This document shows, piece after piece, positions 19,483 through 30,407 of a DNA stretch of 64,000 nucleotides. The stretch comes from an uncultured virus (IMG/VR IMGVR_UViG_3300025102_000020) (taxonomy: Duplodnaviria > Heunggongvirae > Uroviricota > Caudoviricetes > Crassvirales), in the IMG/VR virus record IMGVR_UViG_3300025102_000020; one strand, given 5' to 3'. Positions within the stretch are counted from its first letter, which is position 1, and each line of letters starts with the position of its first letter. Both the position numbers and the translations under genes were made by a program. The notes below the pieces were generated by a model. The model did not search any database, was not told the origin of the DNA, and worked only from the letters and a program-made list of their open reading frames with translations.

Positions 19483-20322
19483 ATGGCAAAGAAAAAAGAA
19501 ACAAAAAAACAAGAAGTAACCGAAGAGGTTACTCAGGTTGTAGAACAACCAAAGGTTGAAACAGAGGTTATGGAAAAACCATTACCTACACCAAAAAAAG
19601 ACACTTGGGAAATAAAAGATAGAACTTATTTTTTAACAAGTACTACAAATCCAATAAGTAGAAGCGTTAGATCTGCAAACATATACTACTTTGACGAAGA
19701 AAAAGGATATGAAAGAGAGCTGAAGTATTGCGAAAACCAAAGAACGCCTTTTGTTGACGAGATGAAAGGAGATCAAAGACTTTCTCACATTATTTTTAGA
19801 GATGGATCGTTGACAGTTCCTAAGAACAAACAAACACTTCAAAAACTACTTTCTCTTTATCATCCACATAGAGATAGTCTTTACAAAGAACATAAACCTA
19901 TTAGAGACGCTGAGGATCATTTAGACTGGCTAGAGTTTGAGGTTGCGGCTATGAATGCTGCTAACAACTTAGATGTAGATATGGCAGAAGCAGTTATGCG
20001 TGTAGAAAAAGGTTCTGAGGTGTCTAAGATGAGTTCTAAAGAACTTAAAAGAGATCTTATGTTGTTTGCTAAGCGAAGTCCTAAACTTTTCTTAGAATTA
20101 GTCACTGATGAAAACGTGATGTTGAGAAACTTCGGTATTAGAGCTATGGAAGCAGGGATAATTGAACTATCAGGAGATCAAAGAACTTTTACGTGGAAAA
20201 GCACTGGTAGAAAATTAATGAACGTTCCCTACGAAGAACACCCGTACTCAGCTTTAGCCGCTTGGTTTAAAACTGACGAAGGAATGGAGATTTACTCAAA
20301 TATAGAAAAAAGATTAAATTAA
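19483..20322 (+). CDS. conserved-looking phage protein after capsid gene
   Basis: 279-aa ORF with AT-rich leader. Confidence 0.7.
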   Translation: MAKKKETKKQEVTEEVTQVVEQPKVETEVMEKPLPTPKKDTWEIKDRTYFLTSTTNPISRSVRSANIYYFDEEKGYERELKYCENQRTPFVDEMKGDQRLSHIIFRDGSLTVPKNKQTLQKLLSLYHPHRDSLYKEHKPIRDAEDHLDWLEFEVAAMNAANNLDVDMAEAVMRVEKGSEVSKMSSKELKRDLMLFAKRSPKLFLELVTDENVMLRNFGIRAMEAGIIELSGDQRTFTWKSTGRKLMNVPYEEHPYSALAAWFKTDEGMEIYSNIEKRLN

Positions 20323-20328
20323 TCTAAC

Positions 20329-20366
20329 TGTAGAGCGGTCGCCCTACGGGGCGATCGTAAACTACA
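20329..20366 (+). other. GC-rich UACG-tetraloop hairpin without U-tract
   Basis: TGTAG-A-GCGGTCGCCC-TACG-GGGCGATCGT-AAA-CTACA. Confidence 0.7.
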
Positions 20367-20381
20367 AATAAAAAATAAATT

Positions 20382-21104
20382 ATGGCGGTAAGTATAGATA
20401 CTGTGTATCAAAGAGTTTTAGCAATATGCAACAAAGAACAAAGAGGATATATAACGCCTCAAGAATTTAACTTAATGGCTAATCAGGCTCAAATGTCTAT
20501 ATATAATCAGTATATACATGATATAAGACTAGCGCATACTGAGCATGGTAACGATACCGAATACTCTAACGAGTTAGATCTGTTAAACGAAAAATTAGCG
20601 CCCTTTGAAACTGTTCAAGCGGCCGCATCTATAGCTAACGGGTTGACAACATTACCAACACACGATTATTTAGGTAGTGTAAATTATGTAACTACATCTA
20701 AAACTGTAGAAGTACAAGAAGTAAGAAAGAACGAAGCTACTTATATAAACGCATCGCCATTAGCAGCGCCTAATTCTACTAGGCCAATATACACTAGAGT
20801 CAACGCTACTCAAGTGCAAATATACCCAACTAACTTAACGACAACTGCATCTGAAATATCATGCAATATACTTAGTGCTCCTACTAGGTCTAACGGTACG
20901 GATGCTAGATGGGGTTATGCAGTTGTAGGAGAGAAAGCTTTATATAACGTAGACGAAACAACTGACTTTATGTTACACTCATCAGAAGAGTCGCATTTAG
21001 TTATAAAAATATTAGAACTAGCAGGGATAACGCTTAATAAACCAGCGTTAGCTCAATTAGCTGGGGCAGAAGAAGGTCAAATTATAGCTCAACAAAAACA
21101 ATAA
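20382..21104 (+). CDS. putative tail/adaptor (ring) protein
   Basis: VYQRVLAICNKEQRGYITPQEFN; position after head genes. Confidence 0.55.
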   Translation: MAVSIDTVYQRVLAICNKEQRGYITPQEFNLMANQAQMSIYNQYIHDIRLAHTEHGNDTEYSNELDLLNEKLAPFETVQAAASIANGLTTLPTHDYLGSVNYVTTSKTVEVQEVRKNEATYINASPLAAPNSTRPIYTRVNATQVQIYPTNLTTTASEISCNILSAPTRSNGTDARWGYAVVGEKALYNVDETTDFMLHSSEESHLVIKILELAGITLNKPALAQLAGAEEGQIIAQQKQ

Positions 21105-21107
21105 TAA

Positions 21108-22028
21108 ATGGGATTAATAAACACAACGCAACAAGCTTATTATTCTGGAGATGATTTTGGTTCTTATCAATTCATATCCTTAGAAGATATTATAAATAAC
21201 TTTATAGTTGCTTATGTAGGAGAAGGAAAAATAATAAGTAGAATAAAAAGAAGTGATGTTCAGTTTCACGCTATGAGAGGCTTACAAGAGCTTTCTTTTG
21301 ATACTTTTAAATCTACAAAATCTCAAGAGATAGAAATACCACCATCTTTAACTATGGTACTACCGCAAGATTACGTTAACTATGTAAAGATATGTTGGTC
21401 AGATGAGCATGGTATTGAAAGAACTATATATCCAGCTTCTAAAACATCAAATCCATTTGCAATTGATCAATCGTCTGGAGGTTTTTCAGATAACGATAGT
21501 AATTACAATTTAAGTGCTACTTCAAACTTTGAAGATTTAGCAGAGCAAGACCCTACAGGACACAAGTCTGACACGTGGAATAAATACAAGTCTGATTCTT
21601 TAGCAAACACAAACACTGGTAATGTTAGCGACGATGAAGATGACGATCTTTACGACTTCAATAAAGGACAAAGATATGGTATAGACCCTCAGTTCGCGCA
21701 GTCTAACGGCTCGTTTTTTATAGACGAAAATACAGGAAAAATTCATTTTAGCTCTAATATTAACGGAAAAACTGTGATCTTAAAATACATAAGCGACGGT
21801 TTAGGAACAGACGCTGAAATGCAGGTTCATAAATTTGCAGAAGAAGCTATGTATAAGCATATAGCACATTCTGTGTTAGCAACAAGGTCTCAAGTGCCAG
21901 AATATTTAGTTGCTAGATTTAAAAAAGAAAAATTTGCAGAGACAAGAAAAGCTAAATTAAGACTTTCTAATATAAAAATAGAAGAAATAACTCAGGTATT
22001 TAGAGGAAAGTCTAAACAAATAAAATAA
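21108..22028 (+). CDS. putative tail/adaptor (ring) protein
   Basis: LPQDYVNYVKI...LKYISDG; structural-block position. Confidence 0.55.
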   Translation: MGLINTTQQAYYSGDDFGSYQFISLEDIINNFIVAYVGEGKIISRIKRSDVQFHAMRGLQELSFDTFKSTKSQEIEIPPSLTMVLPQDYVNYVKICWSDEHGIERTIYPASKTSNPFAIDQSSGGFSDNDSNYNLSATSNFEDLAEQDPTGHKSDTWNKYKSDSLANTNTGNVSDDEDDDLYDFNKGQRYGIDPQFAQSNGSFFIDENTGKIHFSSNINGKTVILKYISDGLGTDAEMQVHKFAEEAMYKHIAHSVLATRSQVPEYLVARFKKEKFAETRKAKLRLSNIKIEEITQVFRGKSKQIK

Positions 22029-22032
22029 TAAT

Positions 22033-25000
22033 ATGCCGGATTTAAATCAGAACTTTATTAAAGGTCGAATGAACAAAGACCTTGATGAAAGGCTAGTGCC
22101 TAACGGAGAGTATAGAGACGCCTTGAACGTTGAGGCCTCTACGTCTGAAGCTTCCGAGGTTGGTACCGTGCAAACTTTAGTCGGTAACACAGCTAAAGGA
22201 ACTAGCTTGAGAGGTTCTTGTGTTGGTTCTATTGCTGACGAAAAAACCAATAAAATATATTATTTAGTATCTTCTCCAGATAATTTTAAAGACGCTATTA
22301 TAGAGTACAACTCCGAAGACGAAACAGAAAAGCCTGTTTTAGTAGATATTTATAGCGTAGAAATTCCATTGACGTTAATAGCAGGTTCTAATGACCACGT
22401 TGTTTTATCGCCTTTGGAAGCTGTCAATATAAGAGTAGGCATGACAGTCACAGGTACTTTAGGAGGTGTTACTTACGCCGCTAGTGACAATGTTTACGTT
22501 TCTAGAATTACACTTTCTGGTCAAAACTATAATGTTTATTTAGAGCAAGTTGTAACGAATGTTATTCTAAATAACTTTCCTTCTTCCGTTGGAGACCAAG
22601 TAACCTTTACTTCTGAGAGGGTTTTAAACTTCGAAAAAGACGAATACGTAACAGGTATAAATGTTATTGATAATTTTTTATTTTGGACTGACAATAAATA
22701 CGAACCAAAACAAATAAAAATAGATAGATGTATACAAGGTACTGTAGATATAAACACGCACACTAAATTAAAAATACAAGATCCAACAACTTTCTCTTTA
22801 CAGACAATAAATTACGGCTTAGGTAAAGATTTTATAAACGAATCTCACATAACAGTTGTAAAAAAATCCCCATTAAAACCTCCCTATCTTAAGATGTTTG
22901 ACACTAAAGCAGATAGAGTGCATGGTATATACGCGGAGTTTTCTAATCACGACTTTACAGAATTAAATAACTTCAATGTTTTAGTTAACGTTTCTCCAGG
23001 AGAAATGTTGATAGCTAAACAAACTGTTTCTAACGTTTCTTTTAAAGAAGGAGATGTTGTTTTAGCTACTAATGATTCTTTAGTGGGACAAGGGCAATCA
23101 TCTTTCGCTTCACATGAGATTAGATTAGAAGTTGTAGGTACTTATGCTGGGCAATTTAATCAATATGATTTTAAAGTACTTTCAATAACTTCTACTCCTT
23201 TAATCGCTCCTACCGCTACTAGTCCTATACCTTGGTATTTATTGCTAGATCAAGAAAAAGCAATGTTTGAGTTTAAGTTTCCTAGATTTGGGTATAGATA
23301 TAAGTATACCGACGGGGAATACTCAGCTTTCTCTCCTTTTTCAGAACCAGCCTTTATGCCTGGATCTTTTGATTACTTACCTCAAAAAGGATATAATCTT
23401 GGTATGGTTAACAACTTAAGAAGGCTAAAAATACAAGACTTTGTTTTAGAACCAGCTTTATTGCCAAAAGGCGTTGTTGCTATAGATATACTTTACAAAG
23501 AATCAAACTCTCCAAACGTATATACCGTTAAAACTATTTTATACGAAGATGAAGAATGGAACGCCGCTGGATCGGGTGGATTAATGAAAGGGTCTACACT
23601 TATAGAGTCAGAAATGATATACGCTACGCTTCCGGCTAACCAACTTTTAAGACCATGGGACAACGTTCCTAGAAAAGCCTTGGGGCAAGAAATGAGTGGT
23701 AATAGAATTATATATGCTAACTACTTGCAAAATTATAATCTAGTAGATATAAATAATAAAGAAATAAAAATAGACGTGGTAGGTGGTTTGGAATCAGCTG
23801 TAGTTGATGCTTTAGAAGTCAAAACGCCTGGTAAATCTGTTAAGTCTCTTAGAACTTATCAGTTAGGTATTGTATATAGAGACAAGTATGGAAGAGAAAC
23901 TCCTGTTTTAGCTCCTTCCAGCATAGATGATAACACAGAAGCTACGGTTGGTACAATAGAAGTCCCAAAAGGTATGGCTGATAATTACAATAAGCTAACC
24001 GCTAGAGTTAAAAACAAACCGCCTAAATGGGCTGATACTTATAAGTTTTTTATTAAAGAAACTTCTAACGAGTACTATAATTTAGCAATGGATCGTTGGT
24101 ACGATGCCGAGGATGGTAACGTGTGGCTTTCTTTCCCTTCTTCTGAAAGAAACAAAGTGCAAGAAGATACGTTTTTAATATTGAAGAAGCAGCATGATAA
24201 TGATATTTTTGTAGCAGAACCTAGTAGATACAAAGTTTTAGCAATAGAAGACAACGCTCCTCAATTTGTAAAAAAATCAATAAGTAGCTTTGGATCTGTT
24301 ATTATGACTTGGATAACTGGTGGTGAGCCATTAGAAGACTACACGCAACTTTACGCGGATGCAACTGCTTTTGGAAACTCTAGTTTAGCCGAGTCGATAG
24401 GGCAAACAGATTTAAAGTTAAGAATAAAGAATTCCTCTAACTCGAGTAATTGGTATGAAGTTAACGGTATACAAAAAAGTGTTCAAGGTAATTATTATCT
24501 TATTAATTTAGACAAAAAACTAGAAGAAGAACTAAACGTTTTTTTAGATTCTAATGGAGCTTTAGTATCGGGATTAGAACTTGAAATAGCTAAAAACATA
24601 TTTAAAGAAAAGCCTGAGTTTGATGGTAGATTTTTTGTTAAAATATATAAAGACGTTGCTTTGTCAACTAATATACTTAGAACTCTAGATTCAGAGCCTC
24701 AATTCGCTATTAAATCTGCTAAACACCACTTTTATTTAAACAATACTCAAGGTAGAGATGCCGAGTGGTGGCAAGAGGCTTGGAATAGAACAGACTTTTT
24801 TATAGACGCAGAATCTAGAGGGTTGGTTGGCCAAGGAAGTGCCGTCCCGTTACCTGGTTATTTAAACCACATACTTAATCCTAGCCTTAATCTTAATAGT
24901 AGTTTCTACGCTGGTGTTGGTGGTAATTTCCCTGCTGATGATGGCTATGGTATTGGAGGTAATAGACCTTGGAATATGAGCGGATCGCCTACGTTAGGTA

Positions 25001-28000
25001 GTATGCATTTTTCAGGCACAGCTACTAACGTGTCTTGGCAAGCGGCGTGTATGGAGATATCGGTATCTAAACTTGAAGAAGGTATTAGCTATAAAGAAGC
25101 CGAAGCTTTTAGTTTAATAAACACGAATCAATACACATTTTGGAATCAGTTAAAAGCTGTTGGAACGCTGTTTAGATGGCAGAACGATCCAGACGGTGTT
25201 ATTTACAAAGTAATTGGTTATGCCGACTCTGGTGATCCAGGACCTCCATTCGCTGGCACAAACGGTAGAGGTATATTAAATTATAGCTCTGCTAATGCTT
25301 GGCTTACTGGTGGAAACGCAAATCACTGGGACGAGGACGATAACAAGTCTCGTAGACTATATCTATACTTCACAACATCGGACGAGGGTTGGGTAAAAGA
25401 CTCACAGTTAACCACGGTGAGCATCAACGGTGTAGCAAACACTAATGTAGACAAGTACTACTCTAATCCTGCTTTCGCCAATCTACTACCACACTGGCAC
25501 CCTGATTCTAACTGGGCACAGTTACCTCCAGCAATGTTTGATCCTACGAGAAACTTCTCAACAGGCGTTGATACTGGTAGTATCGAGCACAATGAACCTA
25601 GTCATGCTTTAACATCTTCTCAATTAGGGAATGCTAACGTAGCTTTAACACAAACTATTAAAAATAGCTATACTAATACTATAGAGATAATAGACGTGTT
25701 TTATGATGAAGATGGTTCTTATTCAAGCACGAACCCAGCAATATGGGAGACAGAGCCAAAAGAAAATATAGACTTAGATATTTACTATGAATCAAGTCAA
25801 GCCTTTCCTTTAGAACTAAACGCTGACACAAACGAATCTTTTGCTAATTACGGGTCTATTGTCACTGTAGAAAACCCTAGCTCAACATTAGCCACAGGAA
25901 CAACCGTAACAGACTGGAGTGACAACACCGTTACGCTTTCTAATGTAAACACTTTGCTTAACCAAAGCGACATTCTATCTTTTGAAAGAGTCGACGGAAG
26001 TATTACAAGAGCTAGAATAAGCGCGTTGTCAGGAACAAACGGTGTTATTTTAGATAGAAAAATTTGGGACAAAAAACACACTTTAAGTTGGTTTAATTGT
26101 TACGCGTTTGGAAATGGAGTTGAGTCAAATAGAATTAGAGATGATTACAACGCGGTTATGATAGATAAAGGACCTAAAGCGTCTATGACCTTGGCAGAGC
26201 AATATAAAGAAGAAAGAAGGTCAAACGGTTTAATATACTCCGGTATATATAACTCTATTAGCGGTGTAAATAATCTAAATCAATTTATACAAGCAGAACC
26301 TATAACTAAAGATTTAAATCCTAGATTTGGTAGCATACAAAAACTTCACTCTAGAGACACTGATATAGTTGCTTTATGTGAAGATAAGGTTTTAAAAATA
26401 TTATCAGAAAAAGACGCGGTTTTTAACGCTGATGGTAACACTAATTTAACGGCGACAAACAAAGTATTGGGGCAAGTTATACCCTACACTGGAGAATATG
26501 GTATATCTAAAAATCCAGAATCTTTTGCTTACCAAGCTTATAGATCTTATTTTTCAGACAAAGCAAGAGGAGTTGTTTTAAGACTTTCTAAAGATGGTTT
26601 AACGCCAATATCAGAACATGGTATGAAGGACTTTTTCGCCGACCACTTAACTCACGCTAAGAAGATAGTTGGTAGTTACGACGATAAAAAATCTTCGTAT
26701 AATATATCTTTAAAATCTTTAACTTCAAATCCAAGAGACATTACTGTTTCGACTACATCTCTAGTGCTCAATACAACCGAGGTTCCTTCAAGCGGAAACG
26801 CTTTGGGTAACTGGTTTAGATATGGTGGCTTAGTAGATAATTGGGCTAAAGCTATAGAAACTGGTGCTTTTAATAACAACATCGCTAATCCAAATGGAGC
26901 AGCAGCTGGAACAGTTGGAGCTATAACGCCGCACGAAAGAGGCTGGGCTGGTATAGCGGCTGGAACACCAACGCATCCAACCGGAGTAGAGCATGGTATA
27001 CCATCTCCAAATGGTAATAATCCAAACCTAACAAATCCTATAACTTTATACTTTGATAAAATAACATCTGGGCATGTTTTAGCTCCAGCTTTTGATTCTA
27101 CTTCAAACTGGAACTCTTTAATAAGCTCGTTAAATACGAATGGAGCAAACAACGTTTACTTGTATCAAACTTATTTACACGCAAACTATCCTAGTTTAGC
27201 TTCTAATGTTAATGCGTTTCAAAATTTTCCAAATAACTGGAGCTACGTTCATCAACCTGAAACTGTTTATTCTATAGAAAGCATAACGTATGACGCTGTT
27301 TCTGGTACTTATAAAGTAGTTTTAAATTGGTTGGTTGGTTATAGTGGTTTTCAAGATTTCAATACTTTTAAATGGTCTTTAACAGGTCCTTTTGACGAAA
27401 CAACAGGCTTGAACTCTAATCAAGCTAGTGGTAATAGCAGTAAACAAACGGAGAGCTATACTGTTACCTTTTCAGACAAAACTAACGGGTGGATTAGTTT
27501 TAAATCTTGGATAATAGACAGCGGGTTAAGTTTAAATAATAAATTTTATACTTTGCCAGACAGCACTTATCATACCAACGACTCTTCAGGTTATCTTTGG
27601 GAACATAGAACAAACAGTTTGAGAAACAATTTCTATGGAGAACAAAAAGCCTCTGAAATAGAGTTTTATCTTAATGGTTCTCCTGACGTTGTAAAAAGTT
27701 TATTGTCTCTTAGTTATTCAGGGACTCAAAGTAGAATATCAAAAAACGTACTTACAGGAACAGATATTAACAACAATAATCAATTTGACGCGGAGTACTA
27801 TAATAATTTTGATCACTATGGTTGGTTTGCGAGCTCGATAGAAACAGACTTACAAAGTGGTAATGAACTAGAGTTTAAAGAAAAAGAAGGGAAATGGTTC
27901 GCTGCTATGCGTGGAGAAAAAACATACTTTAACTCGGCGTCAGATACTAACATAGACATGTCTGAGTTTTCTTTCCAAGGTATCGGCAAGGCTTCTTCTA

Positions 28001-28089
28001 TAACTATGAACAACGACAATGGAGGACCTATAGACCCGAGTCCAACAGCTTTCACTATAACAATAAAAGACGATCCTAGCGATCATTAA
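22033..28089 (+). CDS. large tail protein (tubular B / P22 gp10-like stabilization protein with insertions)
   Basis: GRMNKDLDERLVPNGEYRDALN start, LFWTDN, GEYGISKNPESFA, FKEKEGKWF end. Confidence 0.65.
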   Translation: MPDLNQNFIKGRMNKDLDERLVPNGEYRDALNVEASTSEASEVGTVQTLVGNTAKGTSLRGSCVGSIADEKTNKIYYLVSSPDNFKDAIIEYNSEDETEKPVLVDIYSVEIPLTLIAGSNDHVVLSPLEAVNIRVGMTVTGTLGGVTYAASDNVYVSRITLSGQNYNVYLEQVVTNVILNNFPSSVGDQVTFTSERVLNFEKDEYVTGINVIDNFLFWTDNKYEPKQIKIDRCIQGTVDINTHTKLKIQDPTTFSLQTINYGLGKDFINESHITVVKKSPLKPPYLKMFDTKADRVHGIYAEFSNHDFTELNNFNVLVNVSPGEMLIAKQTVSNVSFKEGDVVLATNDSLVGQGQSSFASHEIRLEVVGTYAGQFNQYDFKVLSITSTPLIAPTATSPIPWYLLLDQEKAMFEFKFPRFGYRYKYTDGEYSAFSPFSEPAFMPGSFDYLPQKGYNLGMVNNLRRLKIQDFVLEPALLPKGVVAIDILYKESNSPNVYTVKTILYEDEEWNAAGSGGLMKGSTLIESEMIYATLPANQLLRPWDNVPRKALGQEMSGNRIIYANYLQNYNLVDINNKEIKIDVVGGLESAVVDALEVKTPGKSVKSLRTYQLGIVYRDKYGRETPVLAPSSIDDNTEATVGTIEVPKGMADNYNKLTARVKNKPPKWADTYKFFIKETSNEYYNLAMDRWYDAEDGNVWLSFPSSERNKVQEDTFLILKKQHDNDIFVAEPSRYKVLAIEDNAPQFVKKSISSFGSVIMTWITGGEPLEDYTQLYADATAFGNSSLAESIGQTDLKLRIKNSSNSSNWYEVNGIQKSVQGNYYLINLDKKLEEELNVFLDSNGALVSGLELEIAKNIFKEKPEFDGRFFVKIYKDVALSTNILRTLDSEPQFAIKSAKHHFYLNNTQGRDAEWWQEAWNRTDFFIDAESRGLVGQGSAVPLPGYLNHILNPSLNLNSSFYAGVGGNFPADDGYGIGGNRPWNMSGSPTLGSMHFSGTATNVSWQAACMEISVSKLEEGISYKEAEAFSLINTNQYTFWNQLKAVGTLFRWQNDPDGVIYKVIGYADSGDPGPPFAGTNGRGILNYSSANAWLTGGNANHWDEDDNKSRRLYLYFTTSDEGWVKDSQLTTVSINGVANTNVDKYYSNPAFANLLPHWHPDSNWAQLPPAMFDPTRNFSTGVDTGSIEHNEPSHALTSSQLGNANVALTQTIKNSYTNTIEIIDVFYDEDGSYSSTNPAIWETEPKENIDLDIYYESSQAFPLELNADTNESFANYGSIVTVENPSSTLATGTTVTDWSDNTVTLSNVNTLLNQSDILSFERVDGSITRARISALSGTNGVILDRKIWDKKHTLSWFNCYAFGNGVESNRIRDDYNAVMIDKGPKASMTLAEQYKEERRSNGLIYSGIYNSISGVNNLNQFIQAEPITKDLNPRFGSIQKLHSRDTDIVALCEDKVLKILSEKDAVFNADGNTNLTATNKVLGQVIPYTGEYGISKNPESFAYQAYRSYFSDKARGVVLRLSKDGLTPISEHGMKDFFADHLTHAKKIVGSYDDKKSSYNISLKSLTSNPRDITVSTTSLVLNTTEVPSSGNALGNWFRYGGLVDNWAKAIETGAFNNNIANPNGAAAGTVGAITPHERGWAGIAAGTPTHPTGVEHGIPSPNGNNPNLTNPITLYFDKITSGHVLAPAFDSTSNWNSLISSLNTNGANNVYLYQTYLHANYPSLASNVNAFQNFPNNWSYVHQPETVYSIESITYDAVSGTYKVVLNWLVGYSGFQDFNTFKWSLTGPFDETTGLNSNQASGNSSKQTESYTVTFSDKTNGWISFKSWIIDSGLSLNNKFYTLPDSTYHTNDSSGYLWEHRTNSLRNNFYGEQKASEIEFYLNGSPDVVKSLLSLSYSGTQSRISKNVLTGTDINNNNQFDAEYYNNFDHYGWFASSIETDLQSGNELEFKEKEGKWFAAMRGEKTYFNSASDTNIDMSEFSFQGIGKASSITMNNDNGGPIDPSPTAFTITIKDDPSDH

Positions 28090-28099
28090 AATTAAATAA

Positions 28100-30406
28100 A
28101 TGGGACACAGTTCAACTACAAATTACACGGTATCCGAAGTACAAATAACTAACGTAGCGTCAGGAGCAAGTCTTCCTAACGCCGCAAAGCTATATATATC
28201 GCCTAACCCTGGTTTTGTAGTTGGGGCAAATGATTTTACTATAGATATTGTTCCAGGAGTAACGTCTCCTGAAGTTACTATGGTTACGTTTGGAGATTAC
28301 GATAGTAACGAACCAAACCCAAGTGTAGCTAGAACTACAGGGGTTCCTCATACTACCGGTAATATAGTAGAGGTGTTCGTTTACTTAGACCAACAAGCTG
28401 TCGTTACTGGTAACTTAGATTTAACAGTAGATATTGACGGTCAAGCTAGGCGTGCTTCTAATAAATCTATAAACATTTGTTTAACGAACCAAGTACAGGC
28501 AGAGGCTCAGTGTCCAAGTAATTACTGGCCCAAAACAGGCTCTCCTATATCACCAGGTGTTCAAAGTATACCTGGAGGCCTTGAGTGCTTATCTTGCTTC
28601 ATGGACGTTGCTGACGAACCTTTGTTAACAACAACTTCTTTAGCTAACAACACTACTTGGACTAGCCCATTAAACGGCGTTGGAGGATACACTGTTACAC
28701 CGGGAGCAGATACAGCTACCGTTAGCCAAAGTCAAGCAACAATAGATTCTGGAGTAGTAACAACGTTGTTTAAGAAAACTTTTTGGACTGGTCCTCAGAA
28801 GAGTTTTGAAGTAGTTCCTTTTTACGTGTTAAATCAGGCCGCATCTAACTCAGGTGGTTATATAATAGAAGAAACCGCTACAGATTACAATGTAGATAAA
28901 ACTTTAACAGCTCCTACAAACTCTAGTAACGTTATAGAGTGTGACACTACAGATATAATACCAGGTATGCAAGTAACAGGTACTTCTCTTATTAGTTGTG
29001 CTTACGATCCATTGCAAAATCCTAGTCCAACCAACGCTACGCTATGTTGGCCTTTTTGGGGAGCTGACATAAGGGTGACAGAAGTAGATCATGCTAATTC
29101 TAAAGTATACATGTCTGAATCTAACACCTTGTCTACAGGAGATGTTTTAAATTTTTCTTCTGTTCATATAACTAACTTCGGGGGTCCAAGCGGGCTAGTA
29201 GCTAGAAGATGCGTGGCTAAAGAATTTACTGTTAAGTTTATAGGATCTAACGATATTTCTTGTGGTCAACATATTATTGATTGGGCACAAATGAGTGGCA
29301 CGACACCTATGACCGTGACTTCTCAACCTAAAATAACACAGGTTACGTTAAGTTCAGATGAGTATCTAGGCGACAGAGGAGGATCTAGAACGCTAACTGT
29401 TCAAGGTTCGAAATCAGCCGCTACTTTTTCCGTAACAATAACTAGAAGTAGTGACTTAAAGACTTACGATTTTGAAAACGGTGAGTTTAGCGCTAAGAAC
29501 AACGCTTTAAGAGATCAAACTATAGATTCCACTGGTTATTACAAAACCTTGTTTAACATCCCGCTTTCTTCACGAGACGTCTCGTACGACATAGTGGTAA
29601 CGCCAACTACAAATGAAATATCATATTTAGCTACTACAGTAGAAGAAAACGTAACTACCTCTTTCACTATTTATCAGTACGTTAACAAAACTTTAACGCT
29701 TACTTCAGATGCGACAGACTCTAGTTTAACGCTAGCTAGTGGATTAACAAATATAACTTCTGTAGCTAGAGGTGGTATAAAAACAACAAGAAAAATACCA
29801 ACTTGGACCGGCAATATAACAAAAGCAGATGGATCTGTTATATATATAAATAGACAGCCCTTACGCGCTACTGAAGATGACTACGGTGACTTTGAGTTTA
29901 ATACAACGTCAACAACTGACGGTAACACGAACAACACGCAGATTACATTAAGTCCTACTATATCTGGTAGTGGTACCGCTACTTTAACAGCTACAATAAC
30001 GGGTAATATAACACAGCATCCTACGGCTAATACAACTATACTTTTTGATATTGATAACTTTATCACCGTAAAGCCTTCTGTTCCTTCTGCTGACCCAGAG
30101 AACAGTGGTATAGTTCTATACGTCGATCGAGACATTGGTTTTTTAGACTTGGACATTAGATCTATCGACAAAGACACTAATAAAGCTAGCAAGACTCTTT
30201 CTACAGTTGAACCACCAGAACATGGGACTTTATCTGCTTACGGTGCTTCTGGTAGCGCTTGGGACAATGGTAGAATAAGATACACAGTAAACGAAGGATA
30301 CGTTATGGAAAGAGGTGGAACAGACTCTTTCGTATACAAAGCCACGGTTGGAGGAGTTGATAGTGACGAAGCAGGATATGGAACAATAACAGTACAATAC
30401 AGATAA
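28100..30406 (+). CDS. Thr/Ser-rich virion protein with C-terminal Ig-like (Big-9-like) domain
   Basis: beta-rich; PEHGTL...IRYT...GTDSFVYKA. Confidence 0.6.
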   Translation: MGHSSTTNYTVSEVQITNVASGASLPNAAKLYISPNPGFVVGANDFTIDIVPGVTSPEVTMVTFGDYDSNEPNPSVARTTGVPHTTGNIVEVFVYLDQQAVVTGNLDLTVDIDGQARRASNKSINICLTNQVQAEAQCPSNYWPKTGSPISPGVQSIPGGLECLSCFMDVADEPLLTTTSLANNTTWTSPLNGVGGYTVTPGADTATVSQSQATIDSGVVTTLFKKTFWTGPQKSFEVVPFYVLNQAASNSGGYIIEETATDYNVDKTLTAPTNSSNVIECDTTDIIPGMQVTGTSLISCAYDPLQNPSPTNATLCWPFWGADIRVTEVDHANSKVYMSESNTLSTGDVLNFSSVHITNFGGPSGLVARRCVAKEFTVKFIGSNDISCGQHIIDWAQMSGTTPMTVTSQPKITQVTLSSDEYLGDRGGSRTLTVQGSKSAATFSVTITRSSDLKTYDFENGEFSAKNNALRDQTIDSTGYYKTLFNIPLSSRDVSYDIVVTPTTNEISYLATTVEENVTTSFTIYQYVNKTLTLTSDATDSSLTLASGLTNITSVARGGIKTTRKIPTWTGNITKADGSVIYINRQPLRATEDDYGDFEFNTTSTTDGNTNNTQITLSPTISGSGTATLTATITGNITQHPTANTTILFDIDNFITVKPSVPSADPENSGIVLYVDRDIGFLDLDIRSIDKDTNKASKTLSTVEPPEHGTLSAYGASGSAWDNGRIRYTVNEGYVMERGGTDSFVYKATVGGVDSDEAGYGTITVQYR

Positions 30407-30407
30407 T

